From positions 31,238 through 95,237 of the forward strand of contig NW_003314264.1 of assembly GCF_000143415.4 (NCBI RefSeq): DNA of 64,000 nt, written 5' to 3'. Position numbers and translations under genes: made by a program. The notes beneath the pieces are model-generated. The model was not told the DNA's origin. It made no database searches and was given only the letters and a program-made list of their open reading frames with translations. Positions 42,171 to 55,799 of the stretch are shown here, piece after piece. This DNA is from Selaginella moellendorffii. Taxonomy: Eukaryota > Plantae > Lycopodiophyta. Position 1 is the first letter of the stretch. Each line of letters starts with the position of its first letter.

Positions 42171-42571
42171 TCTTAACAGGCTGTGGCTCGCCTGTTAACT
42201 TGATCCAGTCGTTGGCAGCCGTCGGATCGAGTCAGGTTCTCTGTGAGAACGTGGCTGACAACTGCTAGGTTCTCCAGAACCTAGCTACCAGCTGCCAGGT
42301 TCTGGAGAACTAGGCTACCAGCTGCCAGGTTCTGGAGAACTAGGCTACCAGCTGCTAGGTTCTGGAGAACTAGGCTACCAGCTGCCAATTCTAGAGAACC
42401 CTCTCATCCTCGAATAACATTCTTCCACATGTCCGTTAACGGTCTTGCCACAGCCTGTTAAGGCCGTTCCCGGGCACGGGCTTGCTCATTCCCTCCAGAA
42501 TGTGCTCACCGGGCTAACGCTCGGCTCGCCTGTTTTGGGCAGGAATGTGCTTGCCCTACCCAGGAACTACC
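42171..42571 (+). mobile_element. Miniature rolling-circle-like element (HINE/Helitron2-like) with a 30-bp tandem repeat
   Basis: Absent from the paralogous site near 47617; starts with TC after an A; no TSD; 5' inverted repeat, 30-bp units 42268-42387, 3' GC hairpin. Confidence 0.6.
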
Positions 42572-45109
42572 TCATAAATAGTATATAGATCTGGAATGGA
42601 ACCAACATATTGGGCATGATAGCGAGGGTGTTTAACGAATACGGTAAGCTACCATATAACAATATTGAGGGACTAGACTCAATATCATGGGGGTTTTTGA
42701 TATTAGCAAGTGCAAGCCAATGACAGAAGTTTCTCAAATTAGGCCAAGTCTACTTAGCAAGAAACACATTGGAGTTCCTACCTTATATTTATCCAATTTA
42801 AGTACATAGCCATTGACTAATTTCTCTACTAGCTCAAGTGGGAACTAGAAAGGAAACCAACTGTACCAACCTTCTACTGTCATGGTAGTAAGGAGAGAGT
42901 GTCTATAATTATTAGCTAACAAATATCTTTTTATACCTAAAGTCACACTTGTGATACTCTACCCCCCTTAAGGAAAATAGACATCCTCATCGATGCATAC
43001 CCGAGTTTAGCAAACCATCAAGGAAACAACTCCAAAAGTTAACAGAAAGCATACTATGTGGGAAACACACCAACTTAAATAAGTTATAGAACTATCTTTC
43101 CTCTACCCTTAAAGACGTTAAGACTCAAATACCCTCTGGCTGTCACCGACAAAGAAATGACTAATAGAGTTAGCCATCCTTGTTGCTCCAAGTACCACTT
43201 GGCTTACAAAGGAATGATATATCCCTGCCTGCAAGGACATAGGGAGAAAGCTAGAGGCCCAACTCCCCTGAGCAAAAAAAATCCCCTGTCAGGAAGATTT
43301 AGAAAATTATTATAAACTGGCAGATTAAATTATTTACACAACCACGCTCCTTTCAAAACTGAGTCATCGAGAGAGAGACGGGGACTTGTGATTAGTCTAT
43401 AATAGTTATCCCCATGGTTATGGATTGTACTATGCACCAAAGTGCTAAAGTCAACTTGCCAAAACTGACCCAAGAATGAACGAATGATAGAAATGATTTT
43501 ATAGAAATATTTTACTTTATTGATTTTGCAAGATTTGATTTAATTTGATTTTATTGATTAGCAAGATTTTACTTTATTGATTTGCAAGAATATAGAATAA
43601 AACTCAGCTTTGAACCCCAAAGGCATGAGTAAGGATAAGCATATATCACTTTCTCAACTCTACTTTGGATAAATAGTCATAGGCAGGAGAAAAGAAGGTT
43701 AATTCAATGCAAATGAATACAATAGTGAGTGAGGGTTGTTTTTCAGCACGTTTAAGTGCTATTTATATACTACATGATTTTATAACCATTCCTAACTGCT
43801 TCACGGTTGTTTATGACGTGCATTACGTAAGTCGGGTTTTTCTTCTTTGGATGCTTAAGCTTAGGCATAACTCCATTTCACCTAAGCTTCCTTCTTCTAC
43901 TTTACTTGGGAAGATATACAAAATAAAACATTTACCTCTTCATCATTCCCCCACGACAAAACTACTACCTGTCCTCAGGTAGTTGGATTCTCTAAATCCT
44001 ACTCTAGGTTGCTAAGTTTGGTCTTCATAGTGAAGCTCAATGCTTTGGCATAGATTATTGAGTTCCCAATGCATGATCTAAATTTCCTAGTTGAGCATAG
44101 CGATGTGCTGGTCTTGGCAGTTGATGCACTCTAAATTGGTGGATGTGGAAGTGAGGATTGCACTCTTGAGTTTTGGATTATGTGGCATTGATGATTCTAC
44201 TCGCTTATGAATCCATCCACTTTCTTGGTGATTATCTTGAGATAGTTCAAAGCTTGTGTGTGGTATTTCATAGTTTTATCATCTTCTATCAGCTGTATTG
44301 GCTTGTCAACTAGCTGCTTCCCTCCCTTGATGTGTTGAGTAAGCTCCTCTATGAAGCTTCAGACTGCTGGCTCACTAGGCTAACTTGCGGACTTGTGCAT
44401 GAAGGCATGGCTAGCCTTGACCTTATAGTGTTGCTGCAACGTCTGTTGCTGCTGTGGCTGCCTCATCTCACAAAACTTGTCAGCCAAGGGTGTATCACTG
44501 TCAGATGTGTAGATGGACTGGAGAAAACTTAAGTTGTACTCCTCCAATTCACTTAGACTCTCTTTTGTAGCTTTGTCCTCTTTGTCTTATTGAGTTTCTT
44601 GGCTGAGATCTTCTTGGCCTAAACTCACTTCATTGGCTATATTTACAACCAATTGTTTTGCAACATCTGTAGGCGCATCGTGTGTTGGATCTTGTGGCCT
44701 AAATTCTAGAATTTCTTCCACAACTTTGGCATTTATCATTCACCTAGTGTTGTCCATTTGTATACTCGTCACTTCTCCGATGCTTGGAGAGATTTGTATA
44801 GGCATCGGAGTTGTCTTTGTAGGCATTGACGAGTCATGACTCTATTCCTGATCCAGGTGTGGCATTTTATCATTATACTTGTTGCATCTAGCTTTTTCAT
44901 GGCATACTTGACCACTAGATTTCTGTGGCACAAACCCTAGAGGTCTCATAACTTGGATTTTTAGATCTAGATGGAGTTTCTTTTTTGAAAGGAAAATTTT
45001 CCTCACTTGAATCTATATCATCGGGATTTTCCTCCACTTCTACATCCCTCGCTATCTCTCTTGGAGGAGATACTAGAGGTGGTGGCTCAATGGCAAGGTG
45101 AGGCACAGG

Positions 45110-45782
45110 TGTAGCGCACCTTATCTCTCTCCCCTTAAGCCAACTGGAAAAGGGGCAATTGCTTGATGAGAGAGCCCTTAGTGGCTATTTTATCCCCATT
45201 TATCTCCCAAGGTTCCAAGGATCCACGGTGACAGTATATCCAAATCTCATCCCATGATCACATGCGCTACACTCACCCCCCCTCAGAGATGTCAATGTCC
45301 TCATTGACTATTGACTAACAACCCCTACTGAGCCAAGGGGAACCAGCACCTCCATTTCCGCACTCAATTTACCAATCCTTCCATTGTGTAGACCAGCTAT
45401 TCCATGTGAGGCAACTAGTCATCCACCCGTACCGCAGTCCCACGGTGGATACCTTCGTCCGTGGATACTCCACACAAGAGGGAGGACGTACGCATGGATG
45501 CCCAATACGTACGATTTCAAATTTAGGGGTAGGAATATACCTTGCTCAAGGGTATATTATACTTTTAAGTAGCCACTAATCAATGGGAATCGAACCCGTG
45601 CCATTTGCTCCGATACCAACTGTAGCGCACCTTATCTCTCTCCCCTTAAGCCAACTGGAAAAGGGGCAATTGCTTGATGAGAGAGCCCTTAGTGGCTATT
45701 TTATCCCCATTTATCTCCCAAGGTTCCAAGGATCCACGGTGACAGTATATCCAAATCTCATCCCATGATCACATGCGCTACA
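45110..45782 (-). mobile_element. Intact young TRIM, 673 bp
   Basis: Identical 162-bp LTRs 45110-45271 and 45621-45782; PBS TGGTATCGGAGC 45607-45618; PPT 45272-45284; TSD ACAGG. Confidence 0.97.
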
Positions 45783-46518
45783 ACAGGATCCACCTGAGCA
45801 GTGTAATGCTCATAAATGGGTTGCAAAAAGATGAAAACTCTTGTCTTCACCTACCTTCCCTTGCCTATCTATAAGGAAATATTTTTCATTTCAGTCACAA
45901 ATCCATTATAAAAAAAAATGAGCTATGTTTACTTACCATCTAATCTCAATAACTTCCAACAGGCAGGCTATCTTGATGCTAACATTTTGCACAATTGTCC
46001 TTCTATCAATGATGGCACATAACACCTTAAGCCTAACATGATAGTCAAGCTTTAAGTAGGTGAAGTTGCCTCCTCATCTGGATGTGAATTTTGGGAGGAT
46101 ATATTGTTTAGACATGTCATCCTTCTTGCTCATTGTGATTATTTCACTTTGTTGTCTAGGCAAAAAATCTGAGCAAACTGGATGAGTCCAAAGGGAGGTT
46201 CCAAATGTATAATAGGGAAAGTGGGTAAATTAGGCATGGCCGACTAACCTAAAGCATAGTTTAACTCCCACTCCCACTTGCGTGTCTATCCTTTTTCTGC
46301 ATCTGGCTTGGGTCTAAGCCCAAGTTCCACACTATGCTAGTTGGTGGAGTACCCATATCTTTGTGTTAGGCCAATGGTATGTTGAAATAGTGCTAGACTC
46401 TATTTGGCTTTGTTTTGCATGCTTGTAGCACACTTGAATTTGGAGCTAAATTCTAAGTCTATAGTGCTAAGAAATAAGGGTCTGGTATAATCCCATGTGC
46501 ACTGACTCCCCGTATCCA

Positions 46519-47101
46519 TGTAAGCAACCAAAAGGAATGACTCGAGAGATAATCTATGGGGTTCAAATATAGAGAGAAAGGGCCCATGAATAATAGTGCA
46601 CCTCTTTTCCAATTGGTTAAAGGTCTTGGGATAGTTGGGGTTAAGTGTCCTTGAGTTTGAATAGTACTGAGCTAGGTGATTTTCTAGGAAGTCAAAATTC
46701 AGGAGCTTACATTTAGTATTAGAGGGGTCTTGGGTCCAACTCTGTTGGTTAGCTTAGGGGAATCGCACCATATGTTAATTGACATTTGGCAGGTCCAATT
46801 TGCTCTGACTGGGCTCGACTCGAGGGGTAGGGTGTCAAGAGAGTGGGGCTCTCAAGAGAGCTGTGGCTCTTAACTTCGGTTCACGAGGGCGTGAATTTGT
46901 AGAGAAGCATAGTGGATTGTAAGCAATGACTCGAAAAACAATCTATGGGGTTCAAATATAGAGGGAAAAGGCCCATGAATAAGAGTGCACCCTCTTTTCT
47001 AATTGGTTAAGAGTTTTAAGATAGTTGGGGTTAAGCATCCTTAGGTTTAAATAGTACTGGGCTAAGTGACCTTTTGGGATGTCCAAATTCAAGAGCTTAC
47101 A
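46519..47101 (+). mobile_element. Full-length Cassandra TRIM (5S-derived LTRs)
   Basis: LTRs 46519-46711 and 46918-47101 with 5S A-box/C-box-like sequence; degenerate PBS; TSD ATCCA. Confidence 0.92.
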
Positions 47102-47148
47102 ATCCAGCACTTGAATGCAAAACGGTACAGTGGTCTAACACAAGGAAG

Positions 47149-47338
47149 AGGGTACTCCACCAACTAGAGTAGTGTGGAGCTTGGGCTTAGATCTAAGTCA
47201 AATGCAGAACAAGAAGCGATATAGCCCAGCAAAAGCCAAACTTAGGGTACTCCACCAACTAGAGTAGTGTGGAGCTTGGGCTTAGACCCAAGTCAAATGC
47301 AGAACAAGAAGCGATACAGCTTAGCAAAAGCCAAACTT
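47149..47338. repeat. Tandem duplication, 2 x 95 bp
   Basis: AGGGTACTCC...CCAAACTT repeated at 47149 and 47244. Confidence 0.9.
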
Positions 47339-47811
47339 ATATTTCAATTGGCCGAGTATTCATTCCATCCACTATCCCTATTATACATTTGTAACCCCCT
47401 ATAGCCCCCCCTTTGAGGAAGATATGCTTTGGGATTTCACCCCAAACCTCCCTTAGTACCAAGAGTTAGTCTCTAAGACAAGTGTGAAACTTACTAAATA
47501 TGGAATGGTGCTAGATTGCAAATCCGAATGCAAGAACAACACCATAGATAACATAATATAGAGAGCAACACTCTCTATATTCCATAGATATGCCTCTTGG
47601 GCTGATCTAGACACTTACCATAAATAGTATATGGATCCATAATGGAACCAACATATTAGGCATGATAGCGAGGGTGTCTGACGAATACGGTAAGCTACCA
47701 TATAATGATATTGAGGGACTAGACTCAATATCATGGGGGTTCTTGATACTAGCAAGTGCAAGCCAATGACAAAAGTTTCTCAAATTAGGCCAAATTTACT
47801 CAGCAAAAAAT

Positions 47812-49652
47812 TGTAAGCGACTAAATTTTCCATTCTACTTTAGTCACTTAACCCCACCTCTGACCACTTGGAAGGGTCTTATTCACAACCTCCTTAAGTC
47901 CAATTTAGGACTTAGGACTTGCTAGTCCCAAGAATGGCATCCATGCCACTCATCCCTTACACTTGGTCCAAGTGCTCCACGTGTCCAGTCCCAAGACCGA
48001 CACCCAAAGGTACCACTGACATATCGGCTTGTTACGCTAAGGCCATGCCCATTCGCCTTTATCACACTGGTGGTCCAATACCACTTGCATCACAATCCCG
48101 TCTCTCCAAGACTGGGCCATCCGTCCATAAGTGGTCATCCCAGATCCACTCCTTAGCATCCTTAGGATGCCTACTGACATAGGGAATAGCCTTCCTCAAC
48201 ATCCCTTTGTCAATTCCTACCAAGTCCTTCTTCCGTCCATGGCCAGGTTCACCAACACTGCCACTAGATCAAGGTCCGCAGGCCTGGCCACTAAGTCCTA
48301 TTGTCCTCTGGGACTTCCTCACCATGTGACCGTATCCATAGTCACTACAAAAGAGGACTGCTCCTCCTCCTTTCCCCCCTTGGGACTTCGGGACAACATT
48401 TCGGAACACCGTGGCCCTACGCGAGCCCCTTGGGTACTCTCCCCACCTTCCGCTTTTAGGTGCTCTAGCCATGGGCTTAGAGTGAGGTTCCGTTGAGCCA
48501 CACCAGGTATCCAAGTAGGTAGTGCCACCCACACTTGGACTGGGAGCATCGGCCAGTCAATCTCCAGGGGGAACTAGAGCCAGCTCTTGAACACTTCACC
48601 AAGCTACCCCGCTTGTCGGTCTGTATTCACTCTAGTTTTGGACTTCCCAGTGGTCAGTTCATCACCCAACACTGGGTCTGGCCTTCCTAGGCCAAACTAG
48701 CCTTTCTTGGCCAAACTGGCTCCACTGCAGTCCTCCCCCTTGCTATACTTTTGGAGCTCACCAAACCCCCCAGGGTCTGGGAGATGAACGCTTTGGGCTT
48801 TCACCCTCTTAGACTCGAACTCGGACTCGGACTTAGACTCGGACTCGGACTCGAACTCGGACTCAGGTTCGGGCTCAGACTCAGGCTCGGGCTTGGTCTC
48901 GGCCTCGGTCTCGGTCCCGGTCCTGGTCTCGGTCTCGGTCCCGGTCCTGGTCTCGGTCTCGGTCCCGGTCCTGGTCTCGGTCTCGGTCTCGGTCTTGGTC
49001 TCGGTCTCGGTCCCGGTCTCGGTCTGGGTCCCGGTCTCGGTCTTAGTCCTGGTCTCGGTCTTGACCTCGGACTCCATCTCAGGTCCTTCTCGGACTCCAT
49101 CTCAGATTACATCTCGGGTCCATCTCAGACTCCATCTCGGACTCCATCTTAGGTCCATCTCAGACTCCATCTCGGGTCCATCTTAGACTCCATCTCAGGT
49201 CCCTCTTGGACTCCATCTCGGGTCCTTCTTGAACTCTATCTTGGACTCCATCTAGGTCCATCTCGGACTCCATCTCGGACTCCACCTCAGACTCCAACTC
49301 GGGTCCATCTCGGGTCCATCTTGGACTCCATCTCGGGTCCTTCTCGGACTCCATCTTGGACTCTATCTTGGACTCCACCTCGGACTCCAACTCAGGTCCA
49401 TCTCAAACTCCATTTTGGACACTTCCACATGTGATGTGTTGGTCCTTTTGGGTCCCTTTTTGGAGCCTCGCTTATTGCTCACTTCATGCTCGTTCCTTAA
49501 GCACTCCATTGGGAGTTCCACTCCCGCTGTCGACCTTTCACGTCAGAGCCTTTTAGTCCAAACATGTTACACTCGTTTGGCTTTTGCTTTGGTCGCTACC
49601 ACGTGGCACCCTTTCGGCTCCACTTTGGGGCCTAGAGATTTTGTGTCTCATA
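47812..49652 (-). mobile_element. Family B solo LTR with expanded hexamer and 12-mer minisatellites
   Basis: Flanks rejoin as at ~42750-42770; degenerate TSD AAAAT/GAAAC. Confidence 0.85.
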
Positions 49653-50129
49653 GAAACACATAGGAATTCCTACCTTATATTTATCCAATTTAAGTACATG
49701 GCCATTGACCAATTTCTCAGCTAGCTCAAGTGGAAACTAGAAAGGAAACCAATAGTACCAACCTCCTACTATCATGGTAGTAAGGAAAGAGTGTCTGTAA
49801 TGATTGGCCAATAAATATCTTTTGATATTTAAAGTCACATTTGCGATACTCTCCCCCCGTTAGGGAAAATAAACGCCCTTATCAATACATACTCGAGTTT
49901 AGCAAATTGTCAAGGAAACAACTCCAAAAGTTAACGGAAAGCACACTATGTGGGAAACACACCAACTTAAATGAATTATGGAACTACCTCTCCTCTACGC
50001 TTAAAGACATTAAGACTCAGATACCCTTAAGCCGTCACTAACAAGGAAATGACTAATAGAGTTAGCCATCCTTGCTGCTTCGAGTACCACTTGGCTTACA
50101 AAGGAATGATACATTTTTGCCTACAAGAA

Positions 50130-53100
50130 GCAATCCACAACAACATGATATGGTGCCTGTAAACCGACATGAAACACATCGTGTACATGGGATAACTCAT
50201 CCAGAAGATCCAACTTAAAGGATACATTACCAACTCACTTTAATACTCAATAGAGCTTGACATATCTTGGCAATAGTTTCCAAGACAAAAATCCCTTGAC
50301 ATTCAAGTTTTGGGATTCCCTACGCTGGTGCACCAATTTATACTTAAAAGCACGTTATAGATCACAGTTTAGGAATTTAGTTCCTCCATACTGCCAAGTC
50401 CTCTCACATAACAAGTCTGTGATTATGCATGGACTCCTTCATGCTTGGCCTCATGAACCACCCCTTTTTTATATTCAACACCTTCAACTAGGGTCTTTGT
50501 TGTCCCCGACTTGCCAATCTCACTTAGAAAGTCACTCAACTAGCATAATATAATTCTATGCATAAGCATGAAAGTTTTTAACTATTGACTTTTGTTCAAA
50601 ACCATCTCTTTGAACATTCAGGGACTACTTCCCCAACTTTGATAGCCTCGCCTCATGGCAAGCTTCAAGACCACACCTCTGCTGTGCCACTCTGATTTCA
50701 CACATTTTATGAATCATTTACACTTGTCTTTCTAGATACCCTAAACCCTAAACCATTTACATTTGCCTTTCTAAGTACTAATCTACCTAGAATTGTTTTT
50801 TGGAACCTTGAAGGGACTTTGTCCTTTAGCTTGCTAAGACCTCTCGTTTTGCAAGCTTTTTAATTGCCATATGGTTTGACATAGACAATTCTATACTTTA
50901 GACTCTTCATGGCATCACGGTTGCTAATAGCAACATGTTCAAGTATCCACTTGATTCTTCACTCCCAACTTACATAACCACCCTTGGTTATGCCTTTTGA
51001 TTCTTAAGATTTTGTTCTATCCCTTTGCTACTTGTTTTTTTGCCTTACACCTTCCTGTTACTTATTCTCCTCTTATTTAGAAGGGTAGTTTTGCACTTTC
51101 TACTATGCCTTAACAAGTATTCTTAGGGATGAACTTACTTAATAATTTAGGAAGTGGTTCTTCAATTTGGATATGCTCACTATGCAATCCTATGCACTAG
51201 GATTAATAACGTTATGCATGGGCCTCTTATGCCCATTGCTAGCCATGCTAAAATCATTGTTTGGCTTTGTCCAATTCGGATAGATAGACTTCTTCTATCT
51301 TCGCAACCTTGGACATTTGGATAGCACTTTTTATCCATTATTTGCTAGGAACTTAGTCCCTTGGGCCTTATCTATTGCCCTTGCGACATCAAACACCACC
51401 TCTTGGTGTTATAGAGTGTTTGGGTGCCCCAATGATGGCCTCTTTGACAATAAGCATTCCTTTTTACAACATTAATTTACTATATCACAACATAAGCAAT
51501 TTATCCTCCCATAAGGGTATATCTAACTTCTTTATGCCATTAAAAAGTCTTGGGTAGCTACCTGCTACAAGTTTAACCGATTATTTTGCACCTTTTAATT
51601 GCCTTATAGTTGTCAAGTTCTACAACTCATTACTAGTGCTTCTACACCTCCATCATTATTTGGGTTACCACACTCCAACTGCATGCTTTCCAGCTTAGGC
51701 TATGCCATTCCCATTTCCATTAGGATTCCTTTGGGAAGGGGTTTTCGTGAACCCGCCAACTCATCTTAAGGCATCACGCCTTAGCACATTCGGTGTCTCC
51801 ACACCATTGGCTCTATGAGCCTGCCTTTATGACACTTCTTACTTCTGTCTAGGTCCTTGCCAAGACCAATACAGTTCTTTCTCATGCCAACTATCCGTTA
51901 GCACTACACCATAAAGTTTACTCACAACTTTGTGTCAAAGTTGTTTTCTTCTGGGAACACCTTCCCCACAACTTTAGTATGGCACATTCCACCATCGATG
52001 AGATACTCACTGCTCTCATACTTGGATCCTATGATCCTCCCCAACCTTCGTAGGGCACAACACACCTCAATCCAAATGCTTTTAGCGATCCCTTAGGACC
52101 ATTCCTTGACTCTACTTGAGTCATCTACCATTTTTAGACTTTAAAATCCTATGACCCACAAAGTCTTATTTGAGGTGCCAGTTCACTAGAATACAACTTC
52201 TTGTATTCATGTCCTACTCATAAGGACCATTTTTGCAAGTGTCACTCCAACACTTGATGTTGTTCCCTAGGGGCAACCTTTGCCCCTTAGGACTACTTGT
52301 CCATGTGATGAAAATACTAACTCATCCTCTAAGTACACCCCCAACTTTTTTGGTTGTTCTAGCATTTATTCAAGGTAGCCCTGGCTACCATTTTAAGGAC
52401 TTATGTTTTCATCCATATTTGACCTCCCACGGTCATTAATTTTGGTCTCAAATTCATGAGCACCAATCTCAATTTCAAGAGGATAATCTTGTGACTCCTT
52501 TATCGTTTTGGAATCTCTATCTTCCCTATGATCCCAACTATAGTTTTTTACCACAACTACATCAGCCAATTTGCTGAGTCAAACATTCATCTGAATTACA
52601 TCCTCAATTCAATGAGAAAACCTTACACTGGTCCCAAGATCCCAAAGTCGTTCCATTATTGGCCCTTTTTTATCCACCACCTCACCTACAAGTTCACACC
52701 TGAACTGTAGTGGAGAGCCATGTCTTCCAGACTTGCTACTCCTCAAGGATAGGCCCACTCCTAGGACCTTCCAATGCCAACACTAGTGGTGATATACTTG
52801 AGCATCAATTAAAGTTGGACTAAGGAACAGCTCCGATATCAAGTTGTAAGTGACTAAATTTTCCATTCTACTTTAGTCACTTAACCACACCTCTGACCAT
52901 TTGGAGGAGTCTCACTCACAACTTCCATAAGTTCTATTCCGATGTTGGGGACTTGCTAGCCCCAAAAATGGCATCTGTGCCACTCAACCATTGCACTTGG
53001 TCCAAGTGCTCCACGTGTTGGGTCCCAAGACCAACACCCAAAGGTGCCACTGACATATCAGCCCATTACACTAAGGCCATGCCCATTCACCTTTGCCACA

Positions 53101-54203
53101 CTGGTGGTCCAATACCACTTGCATCACAGTCCCGTCTCTCCAAGACTGGGCCATCTGTCCACGAGTGGTCATCCTTGATCCACTCCTTAGCATCCTTAGG
53201 ATGCCCATAGATATGGGGAATAGCCTTCCCCAATATCCCTTTGTCAGTTTCTACCAAGTCCTTTTTCTGTCCATGGCCATTTTTGCCAACATTGCCACTA
53301 GATTAAAGCCCGCAGGCCCGGCCACTAAGTCCTATTGTCCTTTGGGACTTCCTCACCATGTGACTGTATCCTTAGTCACTACACTAGAGGATTGCTCCTC
53401 CTCCTTTCCCTAGTTTGGGACTACAAGACAACATTTCGGAACACCGTGGCCCTACACGAGCCCCATGGGTACTCTCCCCACCTTTCGCCTTTAGGTGCTC
53501 TAGCCATGGGCTTAGAGTGAGGTTCCGTTGAGCTACACCAGGTATCCAAGTAGGTAGTGCCACCCACACTTATACTGGGAGCATCGACCATTCGATCTCT
53601 TGGGGGAACTAGAGCTGGCTCTTGAACACTTCACCAAGCTACCCCACTTGATGGTCCGTATTCACTCTAGCCTTTGACCTCCCAGTGGTTATCCCGTCAC
53701 CCACTGGGTATAGCCTTTCTGGGCCAAACTGGCCTTTCTTGGCCAAATTGGCTCCATTGGAGTCCTCCCCCTACTATACTTTTGGAGCTCACCAAACCCC
53801 TCAGGGTCTGGGAGACGAATGCTTTGGGCTTTCACCCTCTCAAACTCGAACTTGGACTCGGACTCGGCCTCGGTCTCTGTCCGGATCTCGGTCTCGACTT
53901 CGAACTCCATCTCGAGTCCTTCTTGGATACCATCTTAGATTCCATCTTGGGTCCATCTCGGACTCCACCTCAGTCCATCTCAGACTCCATCTCAGGTCCA
54001 TCTCGGACTCCATCTCGGTCCATCTTAGGCTCCATCTCGGGTCCATCTCGGACTCCATCTCGATCCATCTTGGACTCCATCTCAGACTCCTCAAATCGGA
54101 GCTTTTAGTCCAAATGTGTTACATTCGTTTGGCTTTCACTTCGGCCACTACCACGTGGCACCCTTTCGGCTCCACTTTGGGGCTTAGGGATTTGTGTCTC
54201 ACA
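50130..54203 (-). mobile_element. Family B LTR (52845-54203), degenerate PBS and internal region
   Basis: TG...CA LTR; ~51545-52844 is the reverse complement of 6427-7740; no pol motifs recognised. Left boundary approximate. Confidence 0.75.
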
Positions 54204-54651
54204 CTTTATTGTTTTGGAGTTTCTATCTACCCCGTGATCCCAATTATAATTGTTTACCATAATTATATTAGCTAGTTTGCTAAGTCAAATGCTCATTTGA
54301 ATCACATCCTCGACTCTCTAAGGAAAACCTTATATTGTTCCCAAAATTCATTCCCTTATTGGCCCTTTTTTATCCAACACCGTGCCTACAAGTTCACACA
54401 TGAACTGTAGTGGAGAGCCATGTCCTCTTGACCTTCTACTCCTTAAGTAGAGGCCCACTCGTAAGACCTTTCGATGCCAACATAAGTGGTAATATACTTG
54501 AGCACTAATAAGAATCAAATTAAGGAACAGCTTCGATACCAAATTGTAAGCGACTAATTTTTCCATTCTAGTTTAGTCACTTAACCACACCTTTGACCAT
54601 ATGGAGGAGTCTCACGCACAACCTCCATAAGTGATATTCCAGACTTGGAGA

Positions 54652-55799
54652 TGTAAGGAACCGACTCCCCGAGATGTCGTAGGCTAAAGGATCCCCAAAA
54701 GCTTGACCGAAGTGACAAAGAGTTCATCGGATGGGACCAAGTCAAGGATCGAGTCCAAGACCGACTCTAGGACCGAGTTCGAGATAGAGTCCGGAATCGA
54801 GTCCGAGACCGACTCGGGGACCGAGTTCGAGTCCGAGTTCGAGACCGAGTTCGAGACGGAGTCCGAGATCCGAAATCGGGTCCAAGACCGAGTCCGAGGT
54901 CGAGTCCGAGGTCGGGTCCGAGATCGGGTCCGAGATCGAGTCCGTGATCGAGTCCGAACCCGAATCCGAAGTCGGATCCGAAATCAGGTCCGAGATCGAG
55001 CCAGAGACTAAGTCCAAATACTAATATGGGTCAAGGGGTGAAAGCCCAAAGCGTGCGTCTCCCAAGGGGGGGGGGCTGCAGGGGGTTCCAAAAGTATAGT
55101 AGGGATAGTGAGGTCCAGGAACCAGTTTTGAAGGGACTCTCCAGTTGGGCTTCCAAACCGACTTGAGGTTGGGACTGGGACCGAGGGGCCTTGGGTGGGA
55201 GTGAGCATGGACTTGGCTGGTGCCGGAGGGGCCATCCAAGGAAGTGCTCAAGAGCAGCTCCCACTCCCGAAAGGGAAACCGATTGCGGTGCTCCCGGCTC
55301 ATGTGGAGTGGTGCCCCACTTGAGTACCATGCGGCTCATTGGTCCTCGCCCTTCCTAGGGGCTTGGGCCTTCCTTCGGGATGGAAGTGGGGGGCGAGAGG
55401 TACCCATACCGGGCCGCTAGGCCACGGTGTTTCGCCCCGGCGTCCCGAAGCAAGTGTTGCACTCAAGACTTGGGATTTAGAGGGTCCCATGATCAAGTCT
55501 TGTGGTACCAAGGGATGTTAGGAACCTGGAAGCTTGGTGTGCTTGGCTGCTTGTGCTTGCGGGGAGTGTAGCCGAACCTTAAGTCCAGTCTAACCCGGGG
55601 AGGGGGATTGGGAGTGATTTGGGAATCCATGGAAGGATGGCTAACACTCCGTTGCTCGTGCAGTGAGTAGCTGAAACCAAGTAGGAGCTGGTACCATAGG
55701 CGAGAACCTTGGCGAGGGAACTTAGCAAAAGCCAAGGCAGTGTTGGACGGATAGGCGAGGTAAGCTGGCAAAGTGGAAAGGAAAAATTTGTGGCTTACA
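54652..55799 (+). repeat. 5' LTR
   Basis: TGTAAGGAAC...GGCTTACA, direct repeat of 61035-62182. Confidence 0.98.

Noticed and set aside
42268-42387. CRISPR-like array
   Set aside because: Contiguous 30-bp tandem units with no unique spacers, in a eukaryotic context
43240-46200. Coding region of another transposon on the minus strand
   Set aside because: Fragmented ORFs with no motif or termini that I can support
46635-46700. 5S rRNA gene
   Set aside because: Partial, diverged and embedded in Cassandra LTRs
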